Origin: Balanoglossus misakiensis
Lineage: Eukaryota; Animalia; Hemichordata
Direction: 5' to 3'
Assembly (NCBI GenBank): GCA_040954595.2
Contig: CM082581.2
Location: forward strand, 11,220,286-11,284,285
DNA length: 64,000 nucleotides
Shown here in pieces: positions 1 through 14,726 of this stretch. The translations under genes were made by a program, and so were the position numbers. The notes beneath the pieces are model-generated. The model did no database searches. It had not been told where the DNA came from and worked only from the letters and a program-made list of their open reading frames with translations. The first letter of the stretch is position 1, and the number at the start of each line of letters is the position of its first letter.

Positions 1-2805
1 TCACGTCCCTTGCGTTCGTATTTTGAATGTTTGCACTGAAGGTCAGATATGCCAGCACCGGCTCCAGTCAAACTTGGTACAAAGACAATACAACGTGATG
101 TGTTCATACGTGTCATCGTCTCGCTTACATCACTACACTATTGTATTTTGTCCGCTGAGATATTGGACTGGTGCAGTGCACTGTCTGCACCAGTGCCTTG
201 AATATCCATATTTTACACTGGCCTAATAACATCCACTCACAAAACACAAGATAAATTTGACAGAAGTTACTTCATTTTGAAAGAAATGCTGCTTCCTCCG
301 GGAAGGACTGCTCCCAGGCGCACATAGGCTAGCCCGGAGACCACATAGGCCTATTTGGTTCGGCCATCTTTGTCTGAAATCTCTGCGCTGGGCTCGACCT
401 TTGGTTGGGATAGAGGGACTGTGGTTGGGGTTTTCATGTCTACCCCACACACGGTTTCGCTTGAAAGCTCCATATTTTGCACGAACCAGTAGTACCTTAC
501 TAATCGTTAGAATAACTTATAAAAAAATAAATGTTTCGAGAAAAAAACGACAGAAAACTGTTACTTACAGTAGACGATGTGCGCAATGATGGGGGCTGTC
601 AGCTAGGAGAAAGACACCCTCGGTTTTCGTCGTCAATTTCCATGACCGATGGTTTATGTTCAATATCTACGTGAGGCTACCAAAATCTTGTAAAATCCAG
701 TCCGTATCGTCACAGGCAAGACCTCCACTTTCACTTGGTTGTCAGAAATTGCTCAGGGTAATGAATTGGTTGTTGTTGTAACTACTTTCAGCCATGATGT
801 TTGTCCGTCAAAGACTGAGTCTCGAATGCTTGAAGTGGCACCTCACTGACCATCTGGCAAATGAACTGGCTGACAACTATCCAATCCAAACGTGTCACTC
901 GCCAGGTGCATTCTGTGAAGATTGTGATTGGTTGATGTGAGTGAGAAGTTGTTTAGCATATCAAGTTGCAGATGTCGTCTCGTGCAATCGTTCAGATATT
1001 GAATGACACTCGGGCCTGTGGTCCCCGTGTGTCGTTCAATATCTGAACGATTGCACTCCACTCGTACATTATCATTTAAATAACAATCCGATATGTCCTC
1101 CTGGCGGCCAACGATTTTTTTTATGAGTAGAACCCTGTCTCCTACTAGCCCTGGTACACCGTGTAACGCCGGGAGCATGCAGACCTATCAAAAAGTACAC
1201 ACAGGGCTTCAAGCCGCTAAACTTTTCCGGTTGACAATTTATATTGACGAACAAAGTGGTTAATGTCGTGGTAATAAAGTTTATTGACTTGGTTAGGCAT
1301 ACTCGTATAATTCCTGTTATGTGTTGATTCCCTTGACCCCAATATATTTGAAGCCTCCGTAATGGCATCATATCTCAATATGATACACATATATATAGTG
1401 TTTTGAAATATGAAATATGTTTACAAATTGAAAATGATTATAATTGTCGCAAGGTTAATAAAGTATACTACAGCAGTACATACACAATCAAGAAGAGTTG
1501 AGAGAGAGGGGAGAGATTGTTACTGATTGTTAGCGTGTGCTGGCAACTGATGTGCTTACGAGCTCGTGGCAGTGTCGTTAGCAGAATATCAAGATATTTT
1601 ACTCGTTGCAGCTCTTTTCAAAGTGCAGCATGTAATGGCTGGGCTAATGCAATTTAGCAAGTCCTTTCAGCTCTGCACGGTGGAAGCGATAAACTAAAAC
1701 CATTAAGGCGATATTTTCCTGTAGATGTTCCCTTCCCTCACATGGCTATAATCTTACCTGCCAGGTTTATTGCTTTATAGATTTCCTTCAAATGGCAGTG
1801 TTAAGTATATCACTGATGTAAAGAGAAACTTTCATCACAAAACAGGAAATGAACGTTAAATGGGAGTCGAATAGAGGCGAGTCTGTCAATTAGGCCGCGA
1901 GTTCCCCCCCCCCCCCCGTTTGGTAGATGCAAGGATTTTTGGTAAAAAACCGAACATATTTTATTTGCCTGCTTGAATTCATTTGTCAGTTTTATCAAAA
2001 GACACAGAATTAGTTTCCAGAGAATGGATTTTTACAAGTGTTCATCTAAATACCATAAAATAACCGAGGTCAGTAACATATATGACAATAAAACTGAAAT
2101 ATATGATGCGATAATTACAACATTGATCTCACTTGGAATCCAGAAAAAGTTTATTTGTCCTTGGGGGGAAGACTGAACTGCCCCGGTGTCTCCTGGGTAT
2201 TTTAGGATGATAGCTTCGCAAGCTCTCACGCAAACGCATAAAATAACATCAATCATGCCTGTAGCATAGCATACATGGATACCAATTCCGACACAAATTC
2301 CACGATATAGTGGAAATTTTCGCGCATAAAATATTTGCCTTCTACAACCATTTATTGCGCTTGATTGAAAGTTGATCAATATTTACACTAAACATGCAAT
2401 AATGCGAGAATCCTATCAGTGACCGAAGAAAAAATGTCGCCATTTGCGAGACGACTGTTATGCGTTGAATACATTGAAATGGAACGATGTCGACGTCGAG
2501 TCAAGTATCGTAATCTTGTGCAGCAAAAAACAGCCACTAAGCGAAACTCAGGGGTCAAGAGTTATCTTGTAAATATGTACGATATACCCTGCAGGGACTT
2601 TACGGTTTGGCTGATAACGAAGATCGATAGAATCAACTGGCAAACACCTCAGATAGAATTAGGCCAAGTGTGAAGTATCCATGATGTGAAACGATTCATA
2701 TCAAACGAAGTAGTCGGGTGACCAACTCTTAAATAATCTGTGGATTTTGATAATTCGAGAAAGCAACCATATTGAACAATTTTGAGTAACATTATGTTTG
2801 TGTAA

Positions 2806-4821
<2,016 letters not shown>

Positions 4822-7800
4822 CGAATGAGATGACGTTGCCATGACAACAGATTACAACACTGCTTCGTTTCTAGCGACTACAGTGTCTGGAGATTTGAAA
4901 AGACCGTTTCGCGCGCAGTGTGTCGTTGGATACTCGGATAATATCGGGTTGACCTCGGAGATCTTCGGAACTGGTCTGTATGAGAACCAGGGTGCTAAAT
5001 TGATTAAGCGAAAACTATGTGTAATATGAAAGAGAAATGATATAAGTGAAAAGATTTATATTTTGTTTCTGTCTTTAGAATTTGTACATATACCAATATG
5101 TATATCCGCAATTCTGTGTATAATTTATGATGTAAGGTAAAGAACTTCATAAGAATATTTTACTAGACAAGATTTATTATTATCATTAACATACTGACAC
5201 TTTTCAGTATGAATAAGCTAGTTTTTGAAAGTTAAAGGCAAACTCAGTCTCTTTTATACAGTACGAATCGCATAATTTTGATTGATGGATTTTTATTGCG
5301 AGAACAGTGAATTTTCCTTGCTGTCATTGCTACGATAGATTCGGATTCATATTTATTTCAAATAGTCCACTCACTTCTTTTGTCACGTTGACATGCGCAC
5401 AAAATACATTCGGTGTCACTTCTTTTACAGTTCACCACCAGTCAACTTTGCAGTGACATAGATGATCTTAGTTATAAAAAACTTTTACAATACTGAATAA
5501 TCTTGTGTGAGACATTATTAGTATTCAAGACGAAAAAGTTACTGTAATCTTAGAGAGTGACATTTTTGAAATGTAAGGTAACAAAATATAGGCATTCAAT
5601 ATATATCATACTCCTAAAAAACGTTTATATACGACGACAGATATGGTTTCCAGCTTACTGAGATAGCCGCATGTTGGCGCTGTCAGGATGACAGGCAACC
5701 TTACAACATGCTTGTAACATTTTGGACCGTGACATGTAGAAAACCTTCAAGTTGAATCGCGTAGGGATTGGAATATGTAGATACTCCCCGATAAAGTATG
5801 GCATTGGTCAGTTTATTAATAAAATGATACATTTATTTCTTTCAGTAGTCGACATTTAACTCTAATTTATTTCTCATGGTTCAACTTACAATATTTTTTT
5901 GGCTCTGGCATGTTGTTGCACATACATGTAGTGTTTCTATATCCTGATAGATGTGCGACTTAACGCACTTGAAAGTGCGCTGTGGTGCATGTTGCCCTAC
6001 ATCTGCGGAGTGCGGATGAACTTTCCACGACCTTCAAAACTCCTCGTTTTATTTTAATGTCCCACATACTGGATTTGATACACGTGCCTGGTTCATTCAC
6101 CACAAAAAGGAAGCATGGACCACTCTTCGTGATTTCCGACTCCTTAGCAAGCACGATCATGCATATTTTATATAAAGTAGCAGTAAATGCAAATATCTTA
6201 ATACTAAGCGTGACCCGAGTGGAAGGTCACCTTCAAACGTTAAAATTTGATCTACGACCAAAGAATGATAAGAATGAGAGGCAATAATGGCTTTGTCGAT
6301 TGATTCAACGTTTCTGGTGAATTATGACGTTGTAACCTCATCTGACCGCTCACGTTTCACAACCTTTAGCATATTGTACATGAAGCATTTACGTCAGAGT
6401 TCTACCTAGCAGACCTCGTGTGATTCCCGGCTGGCTGATCAACTGTGCTGTTGGACACTTGGATTTCCACTCTGCTCTGAACAGCTGCGTTTGAATACAA
6501 TCAGGTATTGACATGTTTTTTGTTATTGCGTGGTTCATTCAACAATGATATATAGGTTGGTACAGCTACAGTTACAACAACAACAAACGCTTTCTTAATT
6601 TAATCTAATTAATATAGCGTTGGAGGTCATGTAAATATTTCGTAGTTGGTCCCTTAAACTAACCTGTGGGCTTTTTGAAAGATTGGCCATGTGACTCTTA
6701 TTCGTGTTTCTGATATTTCATATTTACGAAGAAACTATACGTCAAGTTTATTTCAGTAGTTTCGGAGCCTTTCATACATGTCATCACTTGTATAAATGCA
6801 TTCTTTTGACAATGGCTAATTTATTTTTTCAAGTGATTTTCTTTTTCAAAAACGGGTTTCGATCAATACTTGTGCATGTGTCACGCCTTTCTGTTGGTAG
6901 TTTCGTTCATAAATACTGACTTGACAGAGTACTACAGACAAAATGATAACGTAGGTATTTGAGAAATGCTGCAATAAAGGTTCTCCAAAAAGGGCGTGTG
7001 ACACTTCTTTTGGTGAGGTGACGACTTCAACAGTCGATGGAATTTCATTCACAATCGTGTCACATAAATCACACTTATTAGACGCAAGCCATGGGGATCA
7101 GCATTGCTTGGAGGAATGTCGACATTACTTTGAGTTACGGACTTTTGGCCCAGATAACTTATAGATACAGGTTCCCATTCTATGCTACAAACTTTTTTTG
7201 TTCATCAAAATACGACAAAATATTACGCTATTTCAGAGAAGGGAAATGCATCTCTAATGTACATAACTAGCATTAGGAATGTTTTAAAATTAGCTGGAAG
7301 TAATAGTTCCTTGACAACACTCCCTTTCAGAGAAAGAATTTTCCGTTGGATACATTATTGGAAATGACATACACTGTTCTGGTATGCTTCACTACATACT
7401 TGAATCCACAGGTTGCTGCTCTTTTTACGCGTCAAAACTATTTCCATTCACCTATGTAAGGTGTGTCAATTTTAATTCCTTGACTCAGTCGTTCGACTCC
7501 TCTATATTCATGATATTCGCACATCACTGCATACAAAGCATATATTTTCAGTTGGCTTCCAAACATAGCTATGTGAGCGTGGCACACATACCAGGGACAC
7601 GCGAATAAATCCGTGATACAGTGCCAATGGCTATCGATCGGCAGATTATTATCCGGCCAAAGTCGCAAGTACGGACATTTTATTTGTTGTATGCAAATCA
7701 AGAAGTACGGTGCAGAAATTGTATCTAGGGTCACGTGGCAACTTGGGTTCAGCTGATACTTACAAACGGATAATAATCTTAATAACATCCACTGGTATAA

Positions 7801-8361
7801 TGTGTGAATGGGTATATGGTCTGCCGAATACCGTACTTTGTCATTGTTTTTCTCTCAAACGCGTGGGTCAAGATCTATATCATATGGTCAAGGCTTATCG
7901 CATAATATCTTCTAAAAGTACAATTATCAAAGATAAGGATACTACTCAGCGTATGTAGCATGCGGGCGGATCGAACAGTTGGCAGCGAACGTGGCGTATA
8001 GCGTAAAGGTCGATATTCTTCCGGTCCCATTTGATAGAATCTTGGAAGAAGTACACTTTGGCAAGAATGCTTGGATTCAAAGTTCATGAAACTGATAAAT
8101 GGAAGATGATAATGAAATATGCAAATTTTGGGGATGATTTTTGCGTTAGTACATAATTGATATTAGTGATAATACTTGCAATTGGCAAGGTTTGTATGTA
8201 TGCGCAATAGCAGAATGGTCGGAATATGGGAAGAAATATGGGAAGAAATGGACACAGTCCGTATCATCCGAGACTTGTACCATGGAAGGTAAAGTTCGTG
8301 CACATTAGTCCCAGTCACCCTGGTCTTGGCACAGGGAACATTTTGTTATCGTTGAAGGCTG

Positions 8362-8375
8362 TGAACTTTTGACCT
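8362..8375 (-). promoter_or_regulatory. Perfect DR2 retinoic acid response element-like motif (AGGTCA-aa-AGTTCA)
   Basis: Plus strand TGAACT-tt-TGACCT, about 2.8 kb upstream of the CYP26 ATG. Confidence 0.6.
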
Positions 8376-9205
8376 GCTCAAAATCACCTGACAGTACGGC
8401 CATTCTATTGCCGGGGTTCAAGTCTTGTTTGTCAAACGGTCAGATACTACAGCTGATATTTCCCATATCAATGTAGGCTCTCACCTGTCAGTTCAGATTC
8501 CGCGTAATTCACTAAACGCTGCCAGATCATCATGGCGCAAATGCCAACGCGAGACTTGGCGAATTCATTTCACCAACCCTGTGTACAATATCAAAGTTCC
8601 CTGCCCAGGATTTTCATTTTCTGGATTCTTTGGCGAAATATCGCAAAATTCAATAGTATCATGGTCATTATAAAGCCCAAGAGTTCAACATGACACAGTC
8701 TCAAGTTGACACTCAGTCGACACGCGTTGGAATTTCCAAGTCAACCCAAACGACACCATGACGTCAACTTTACATTGAAATTCCAAACGTGTTTTTAACA
8801 GGTGACAGGAGCAATGGAACAGTTCGCGAAGTTGCCATATGTTGTCTTTTCACCTGTCGTTTCCATCTTAGTATCAACAAATTTACAGAATTCTCACAAC
8901 CTTCACCCCCGTTTCCCCTTGTAGGGCTAACTTTACCATAGAAAACAGTAGATTCGGACCAAACCATGGTGGTGAAGGGGTTAATTAAATACACAAAATC
9001 CACCATTTAAAGGGAATAATGAGAACACTAATGTTAGACCGAACAACCAAAGCTCTATGATTATTGCAAAATGTAGATCCACGTTCAGGAAATATTTTGC
9101 GTTCAATTGAGCCGACCATCACTTCAACTTTCCAAGGTGCTACGCGTGCGTATAAACCCATCATCGAGCGAGGTCACTGTACCCGGCCAGGTCTCACTGT
9201 GGTAA

Positions 9206-9222
9206 AGTTCAAATTAAGTTCT
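9206..9222 (+). promoter_or_regulatory. DR5 RARE-like motif (AGTTCA-aatta-AGTTCT)
   Basis: One mismatch to RGKTCA-N5-RGKTCA; about 2 kb upstream of CYP26. Confidence 0.5.
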
Positions 9223-10407
9223 GTTGACTATTGCATAATGGTGCACTTTAATCTTGAAGCGTGACCTCGCTTCCTACAAAAGTATTATTATTCTGTGATT
9301 AATTCTGTGGCGATCAACAATACAAAATGTACCCTAGCCCTTTTGGCCAGCCTGTCGAGGGGCCGTTGTCATGGCGAACACGCCTATGTTCCCAAATAAC
9401 CAATCACTGGATTGGTGGACTATCATTCCATCATATAAATCGTCAAAACTGCATTCAGTAGTGACAACGTCCTTTCCAACTTGTGGGTACTGCGAGGTAT
9501 GATTTCTTTCATAATACTTTGTTCTCTGCCTCTCAAACTTTGTTCTTCCCTCTTGTCCGTCAAACTCAATGTATGAATCTCTTTATTTGTCCTGATGCAA
9601 TTGTATGTGCCTTTCTTGGACCATTACCAACATAATGCACGATGTGGTGGAGAAACTTATATTAAATTTATAAGAAACTCCCCTCAACTACAAAATGTAG
9701 TTTGGGTCGTTCGCACGTGTACGGATAGCCACGATAACTGTAGTGACCATGATATTTATTGCGTGCTTGTCTGTGGAATAGTCATGCATGGCTGGCCGCT
9801 GCCGTAAACATTCACATTAATTCCTTTGAATATTGTTCTCCGCACATTCAAAGTGTCTCGGCAGTCAGGCTTTTGCGTCACTACTGGTCGTAAATGGGTA
9901 CTGTAACTTTCTCACAGCGGTTGACTGTATAAAACCTCGCCGTTGTCCGAGTATGACCTTTAACTATACTAGCTACCGGCATTCTATAAGGTAGTGCGCA
10001 CCGCGGGGATAGATGACTGTCCAGCAATGCTTTCAATTTGTAAAAAACATTATTTTCATAAAATAAATAAATATAGCTACACATATCGTGGAATTATTAC
10101 ACTGACAGAGGGTCGATGAGGGACACAGAAATAGTACAATATCAACTAACCAAGTCCATGATTCTGACAAAATGCACACTCCCTCTACTGAGCTTTCTTC
10201 CCAGCGATGTAAACAAGACGCTGTTTGTGCGTCACAAGGAAATCGACCCAGCCCTTGAATGCAAGATTTTCCAGGCTCTATTCTAAAAAGTTGAGGTGAT
10301 TCCAGAAATGTGACGCACTTTAGGAACTTATTTATGACGTTTAAAATTCCTTTCTCCAACACGCGAAATTTTGTTGTGAGTGGTTAGTCGCTGTAAACAG
10401 TGAACAG

Positions 10408-10424
10408 TGTCCTTTGCTTGAACC
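10408..10424 (-). promoter_or_regulatory. DR5 RARE-like motif (GGTTCA-agcaa-AGGACA)
   Basis: Plus strand TGTCCT-ttgct-TGAACC; a TGAACA half-site and a TGTAAACA Fox-like site lie just upstream. Confidence 0.5.
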
Positions 10425-10992
10425 TGTTGGACGGCCATGCACGACAACAAACCTCGCCCAAAGGGAGCGAATTACCTCATGGCATGTCAGTTTTTATTTA
10501 CCCATTAGTAAAAGCAAGCGTTTCCATTTATACAGGGATTTTTCCATAATCATTCAGGCAAGGTTTCATAATGTTTATAGTGTTTGCATATTTTGAATTT
10601 AAGTACATTATACCAGACCATTGCGAGTCGTACGAAATATCATAATGAAAACTAAATAGTCATAACCAGGCCTGGAAAGAGTGTTTTCCCTCGTAAGATA
10701 TTAACGCGTCTATACATATACTACTTTATGCTTAATCTAAAAAAAATATGCGCTTTCTAAGTATATGCCTTTACTTTCATGGTGTCGATATTTTTTCTCG
10801 CTGCTATAAGTAGCTTTTGCCGATTTTTTAAAGGTTGCACTTTTCAAGGTTAACATGTTCTAACTTTGTTTCTTTTGCATAATCTATTGGTAAACGTTTT
10901 TACTAGTATATTGACACGTTTGTTAAATTGCCCTTGGGGCGCGGTTCGAACAAAGGTTTGTAGGGCGAACATTTGACGCAGAACATCTTCGT

Positions 10993-11056
10993 TGACCGTC
11001 AGTTGAACCCCATTTTAGCATAATTATTCCTGGAGTTAAACCCGCCTTATATAAAG
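10993..11056 (+). promoter_or_regulatory. CYP26 proximal promoter: DR5 RARE-like motif plus TATA box
   Basis: TGACCG-tcagt-TGAACC at 10993-11009 (GGTTCA-N5-CGGTCA on minus), TAATTA at about 11021, TATATAAAG at 11048-11056, ATG at 11169. Confidence 0.65.
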
Positions 11057-11168
11057 GAGCAGAAAGAGTCATTTGGTGTGAGATCCACTTGAGGCCGAGT
11101 AATCCTGTCTTACTTTTTTTCCTCTTCTTAGAATTTACCACGCAAGCAGTTTGAATTTATAGTTGAAG

Positions 11169-14100
11169 ATGCAGTTTGTGCTGGTCGGTAATATACTACC
11201 CACAGTGTTGCCACTGATTTTGCCGTGCATTTTGCTGGCATTGGCACTCAAGCTGTGGAACGTCTACAATGAGAATACACGAGATGTGAACTGCCCGGCT
11301 CCTCTACCTGAAGGCAGCATGGGTTGGCCGTTTATTGGAGAAACTATTCAGTTTGTGCTGCAGGTAAGATAATATTTTGCCATCTTGAACGTGCTCTGTC
11401 TCTAATGAATAGTACGTAGCTACGCCAACACAAGGTAGAAGGTATGCAGACAACTGAAGAAAGATTATGAACTCGTCGTCGTCTATTCATTTTCCGAGCA
11501 GAAAATCTTAAGGCTTTACATAATCATAATGCGGAGTCTTTTTGTTGCCAGTTTTGTGTTTTGCTAGTAGTCATACTTAATATAGGTCGAAGAAAGTACA
11601 CATGAAACTTCTGCCCTTGAAATAGTTCGAATTTGAAGCTCAACTTCAATCACACTGAAGTATGCATACTGAATTACTAATGTCAAGTTCGTGTTCCGTT
11701 AATTGATACTTTATATAGGTCGTGGAAAGTACGCGTGAAACATCTGTCCTTGACATAGTTCGATTTTGAACTTCAACTTCAATCGTACTGTAAAAAAATT
11801 GCTGTATTGGATTTTTGTTGTAGCGTTTATTTTGAGAGCGTGACGCGAAAAAATAACGAAACAGAAACAAATTCAAAATCGGTGACTGCTTAGGTTGGTA
11901 GGCTTTCTGTATCCGAGCATCAACATTTTGTCTTGTTTACAAAATTGTACTTTTTCTCGAAAGGGCGTTGACTTTTATCGCAAGAAATATGAGAAACACG
12001 GCCCCATTTTCAAGACACACATCATTGGCAGGCCTACAGTTCGCGTGATCGGTGCGGAAAATGTACGAAAACTTTTGCAAGGGGAAGGAACCATCGTGGA
12101 ACCACTCTACCCGAAGACGATTCGAAGTCTCTTGACAAGTCACTCGGAGTCTCTGCTTTTCTCTTATGGACGAGAACACGAGCGGCTTCGTAAAATTGTT
12201 TCTAAAGTGTTTCATCGTAGCCGTTTAGCCACATATGTGCCTTTCATTCAGAAATACACGACAGAGGCTGTGTCCAGTTGGTGCATCAGCGGCGAAGTGT
12301 CTGGACAGGATGAATGCCAAGCTCTGCTCTTTCGCATTGCTGGCAAAGTATTGTGTAACTTTGAATATGACGAAGTGGAAACCAAACATTTGTCTAAAGT
12401 TTACCAGGCCATGGTAGATAATCTTCTCTCCTTACCCATCGATATACCCGGTAGCGGATTCAATAAGGTATTTAGTTGGATCACAAACCTTATCATTTTT
12501 GTAAACGTTATAAGTTACGTTGTCATAAAATTATTATCCATTTTATTTTTTGATCAAGACTCTTTACTGAAGCCTCCTCTAGGAAAACAGAAAAAAGCAG
12601 CTTCAATCAATTTGTGTTTTAGAATGGGAGAGTAACATTGTCTTTTTATAACAGTGATGTCTGTATTCTGTAGGCACTGGCAGCTCGAAATGTTTTACAC
12701 AGTAAAGTTGAAGCAAACCTACGAAAGAGGAGGGAAAGTAAATGCTACGAAAGTGAATTTGTGGATGCCCTGAGTTTAATCTCCGATAGTATGGAAGAAA
12801 TGGGAAGCCCTGTCACTTCACAGCAATTGAAAGGATTCGCCTTGGAGCTGCTTTTTGCGGGACATACAACGACAGCAACAGCGGCCACCATGATGCTGCT
12901 CTATGTCGCCCAGCATCCCGAGGTGGCCAAGAAAACCAGCCAAGAATTGCAAGAACACAACTTGCTGAACGACGAACAACCTTTAAGCTTAGACGTCGTC
13001 TCAAAGCTCAAATACATCGATTGTGTTGTCAAGGAAGTCATGAGAATCACCCCTCCTGTTGGAGCCGGTTTTCGAAAAGCAATCAAAACGTTTGAACTCG
13101 AGGTGAGTGACAGAAAAAAGAGACGTCATTCGGTTTTCCTATTGAGACCAGCTTAATAAAAAACGCGTGGCTTAAGTTTCTTCAAAAACACAGTAAATAT
13201 TCAATGGTAGTTGTACAAAGTGCAGGGTTAGGAAACACGACCAAGACTAATGTGATTTTCCAACGATCAAAGCTCTACATGTAATATCCTTAATTGTGAA
13301 CAAAAGCTTCCACGTTGCCGTGTCTTTGTAGTTACGCACAGTTGAATTGTGTCCAAAAACTCATTTTTCGATCTGCGTGTCGTCAGCAAAGAGGGCCATG
13401 GGAAAGGTCACCCTCATACGTCATCACAATTCATGTTACAACACGATGTTAAAAAATTGCCTAATTTCGCAAAATATTACCAAGGGACTTTCTTGTACGT
13501 TTATTTCCGTATCTTTAAACATGATTTATATTTCTCGTTTCATATAGTTGGAGCAGTCAATTCCTATTCAGTGCCAAATCAAATCATTTCCACACACAAA
13601 ACAAAGTCAGGGCACTAACGCAGAAACTAAAAGTTAGGGTTTCACAAATTGGTTAGTCAGCTCAGCCAAACAGATATTAAATCCTAGTCTTCGACCTTTA
13701 AATGACCTTGTTGAAGGTTATCCAATTGAAAGAGCAGATGTCTTAAGAACTATAACGCACGCAACCGGACCAAACTCTTTGTTCTCCAAAGAGGTTTGAC
13801 GTCACACTAAACATTCAAGAATAATGACGAAGTTGGCTTAGAGTCTAAGTTTTCTGTTTAAATCGCAGTAAAAGTCACTTGCGTTCAAATATTGAAAGGA
13901 TTCCACATGGAAAGTCCAATTGTCAATAATATATAAACGTCATTGCGTGATTGAGTGGTTTTGTAACACAAACAATGGTGCATTGGTAGAAAGTCAGGGC
14001 ACATGTCTCATGTTAACCTTGTCACTCAAAAATTGAAAAAGTTTTGCAATATTGGATTGTGGTTATCTATCTTTTCATGTGATACTAGTAAGTTGACGCT

Positions 14101-14726
14101 GCTTTGTGTATTGAAGCTTATTGGAACATCGACATCATCCGGCTCACACAACTTTGTGCAGTCTCCCTAACCAGCTTGAAATTGTTTAGCACAGCGCCGC
14201 CAGTGGTAGATATAGATTGCGGCGAGCTCGTAAGAACCTGAGATTTAGTTAAATTAGGCTAACATAATTTCGGACCTAGTCATATCGTGAAATATTTCCT
14301 CAAATATTCCGTGATCTTACCTTACAGGGAAAACAAATTCCGGCAGGGTGGACCATAATATACAGTATACGCGAGACACAAAAATTGTCTCCGAATTTTT
14401 CCAAACCAGAGCAATTTGATCCAGACCGATTTTTGCCGAACAGACAAGAAGATAGAAAGGGAGATCCACTTTCTTATTTTCCGTTTGGTTGGGGCGCCAG
14501 AAGCTGCCTGGGCAAGCAACTAGCTGTACTGATGCTGAAGATCATTCTCGTCGAGTTGACGAAGACGTGTCACTGGGAGTTGGTGAATCCAGACAAACTG
14601 ACGGTCAAGCTACTACCATCGCCACACGCAGCTGATGGTCTGCCTCTACGGTTTTCAAGACTGGACTGTAATGCCAACAGAATGGACGACATACGTCACA
14701 ACGGAGGCGGACACATTGCCTGTTAA
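11169..14726 (+). CDS. CYP26: Cytochrome P450 family 26 (retinoic acid hydroxylase), ~508 aa
   Basis: Exons 11169-11363, 11964-12467, 12674-13102, 14328-14726 (1527 nt, in frame). N-terminal anchor; LPEGSMGWPFIGET; YEKHGPIFKTHIIGRPTVRV; I-helix ELLFAGHTTT; K-helix KEVMR; PPVGAGFRKAIKTFEL; FDPDRF; heme motif FGWGARSCLG. Confidence 0.95.
11581..11790 (+). repeat. Diverged direct duplication (~77 bp copies, ~133 bp period) in CYP26 intron 1
   Basis: tataggtcgaagaaagtacacatgaaac...caacttcaatcacactg (11581-11657) versus tataggtcgtggaaagtacgcgtgaaac...caacttcaatcgtactg (11714-11790). Confidence 0.8.
13692..13708 (-). promoter_or_regulatory. Intronic DR5 RARE-like motif (AGGTCA-tttaa-AGGTCG)
   Basis: Plus strand CGACCT-ttaaa-TGACCT in the last CYP26 intron. 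Confidence 0.5.

Noticed and set aside
1-2800. Short ORFs, searched for the PCGF5 first exon (C..C.GYL...TTVTECLHT)
   Set aside because: No matching exon or recognisable domain found; probably intronic, with the first exon upstream of the window.
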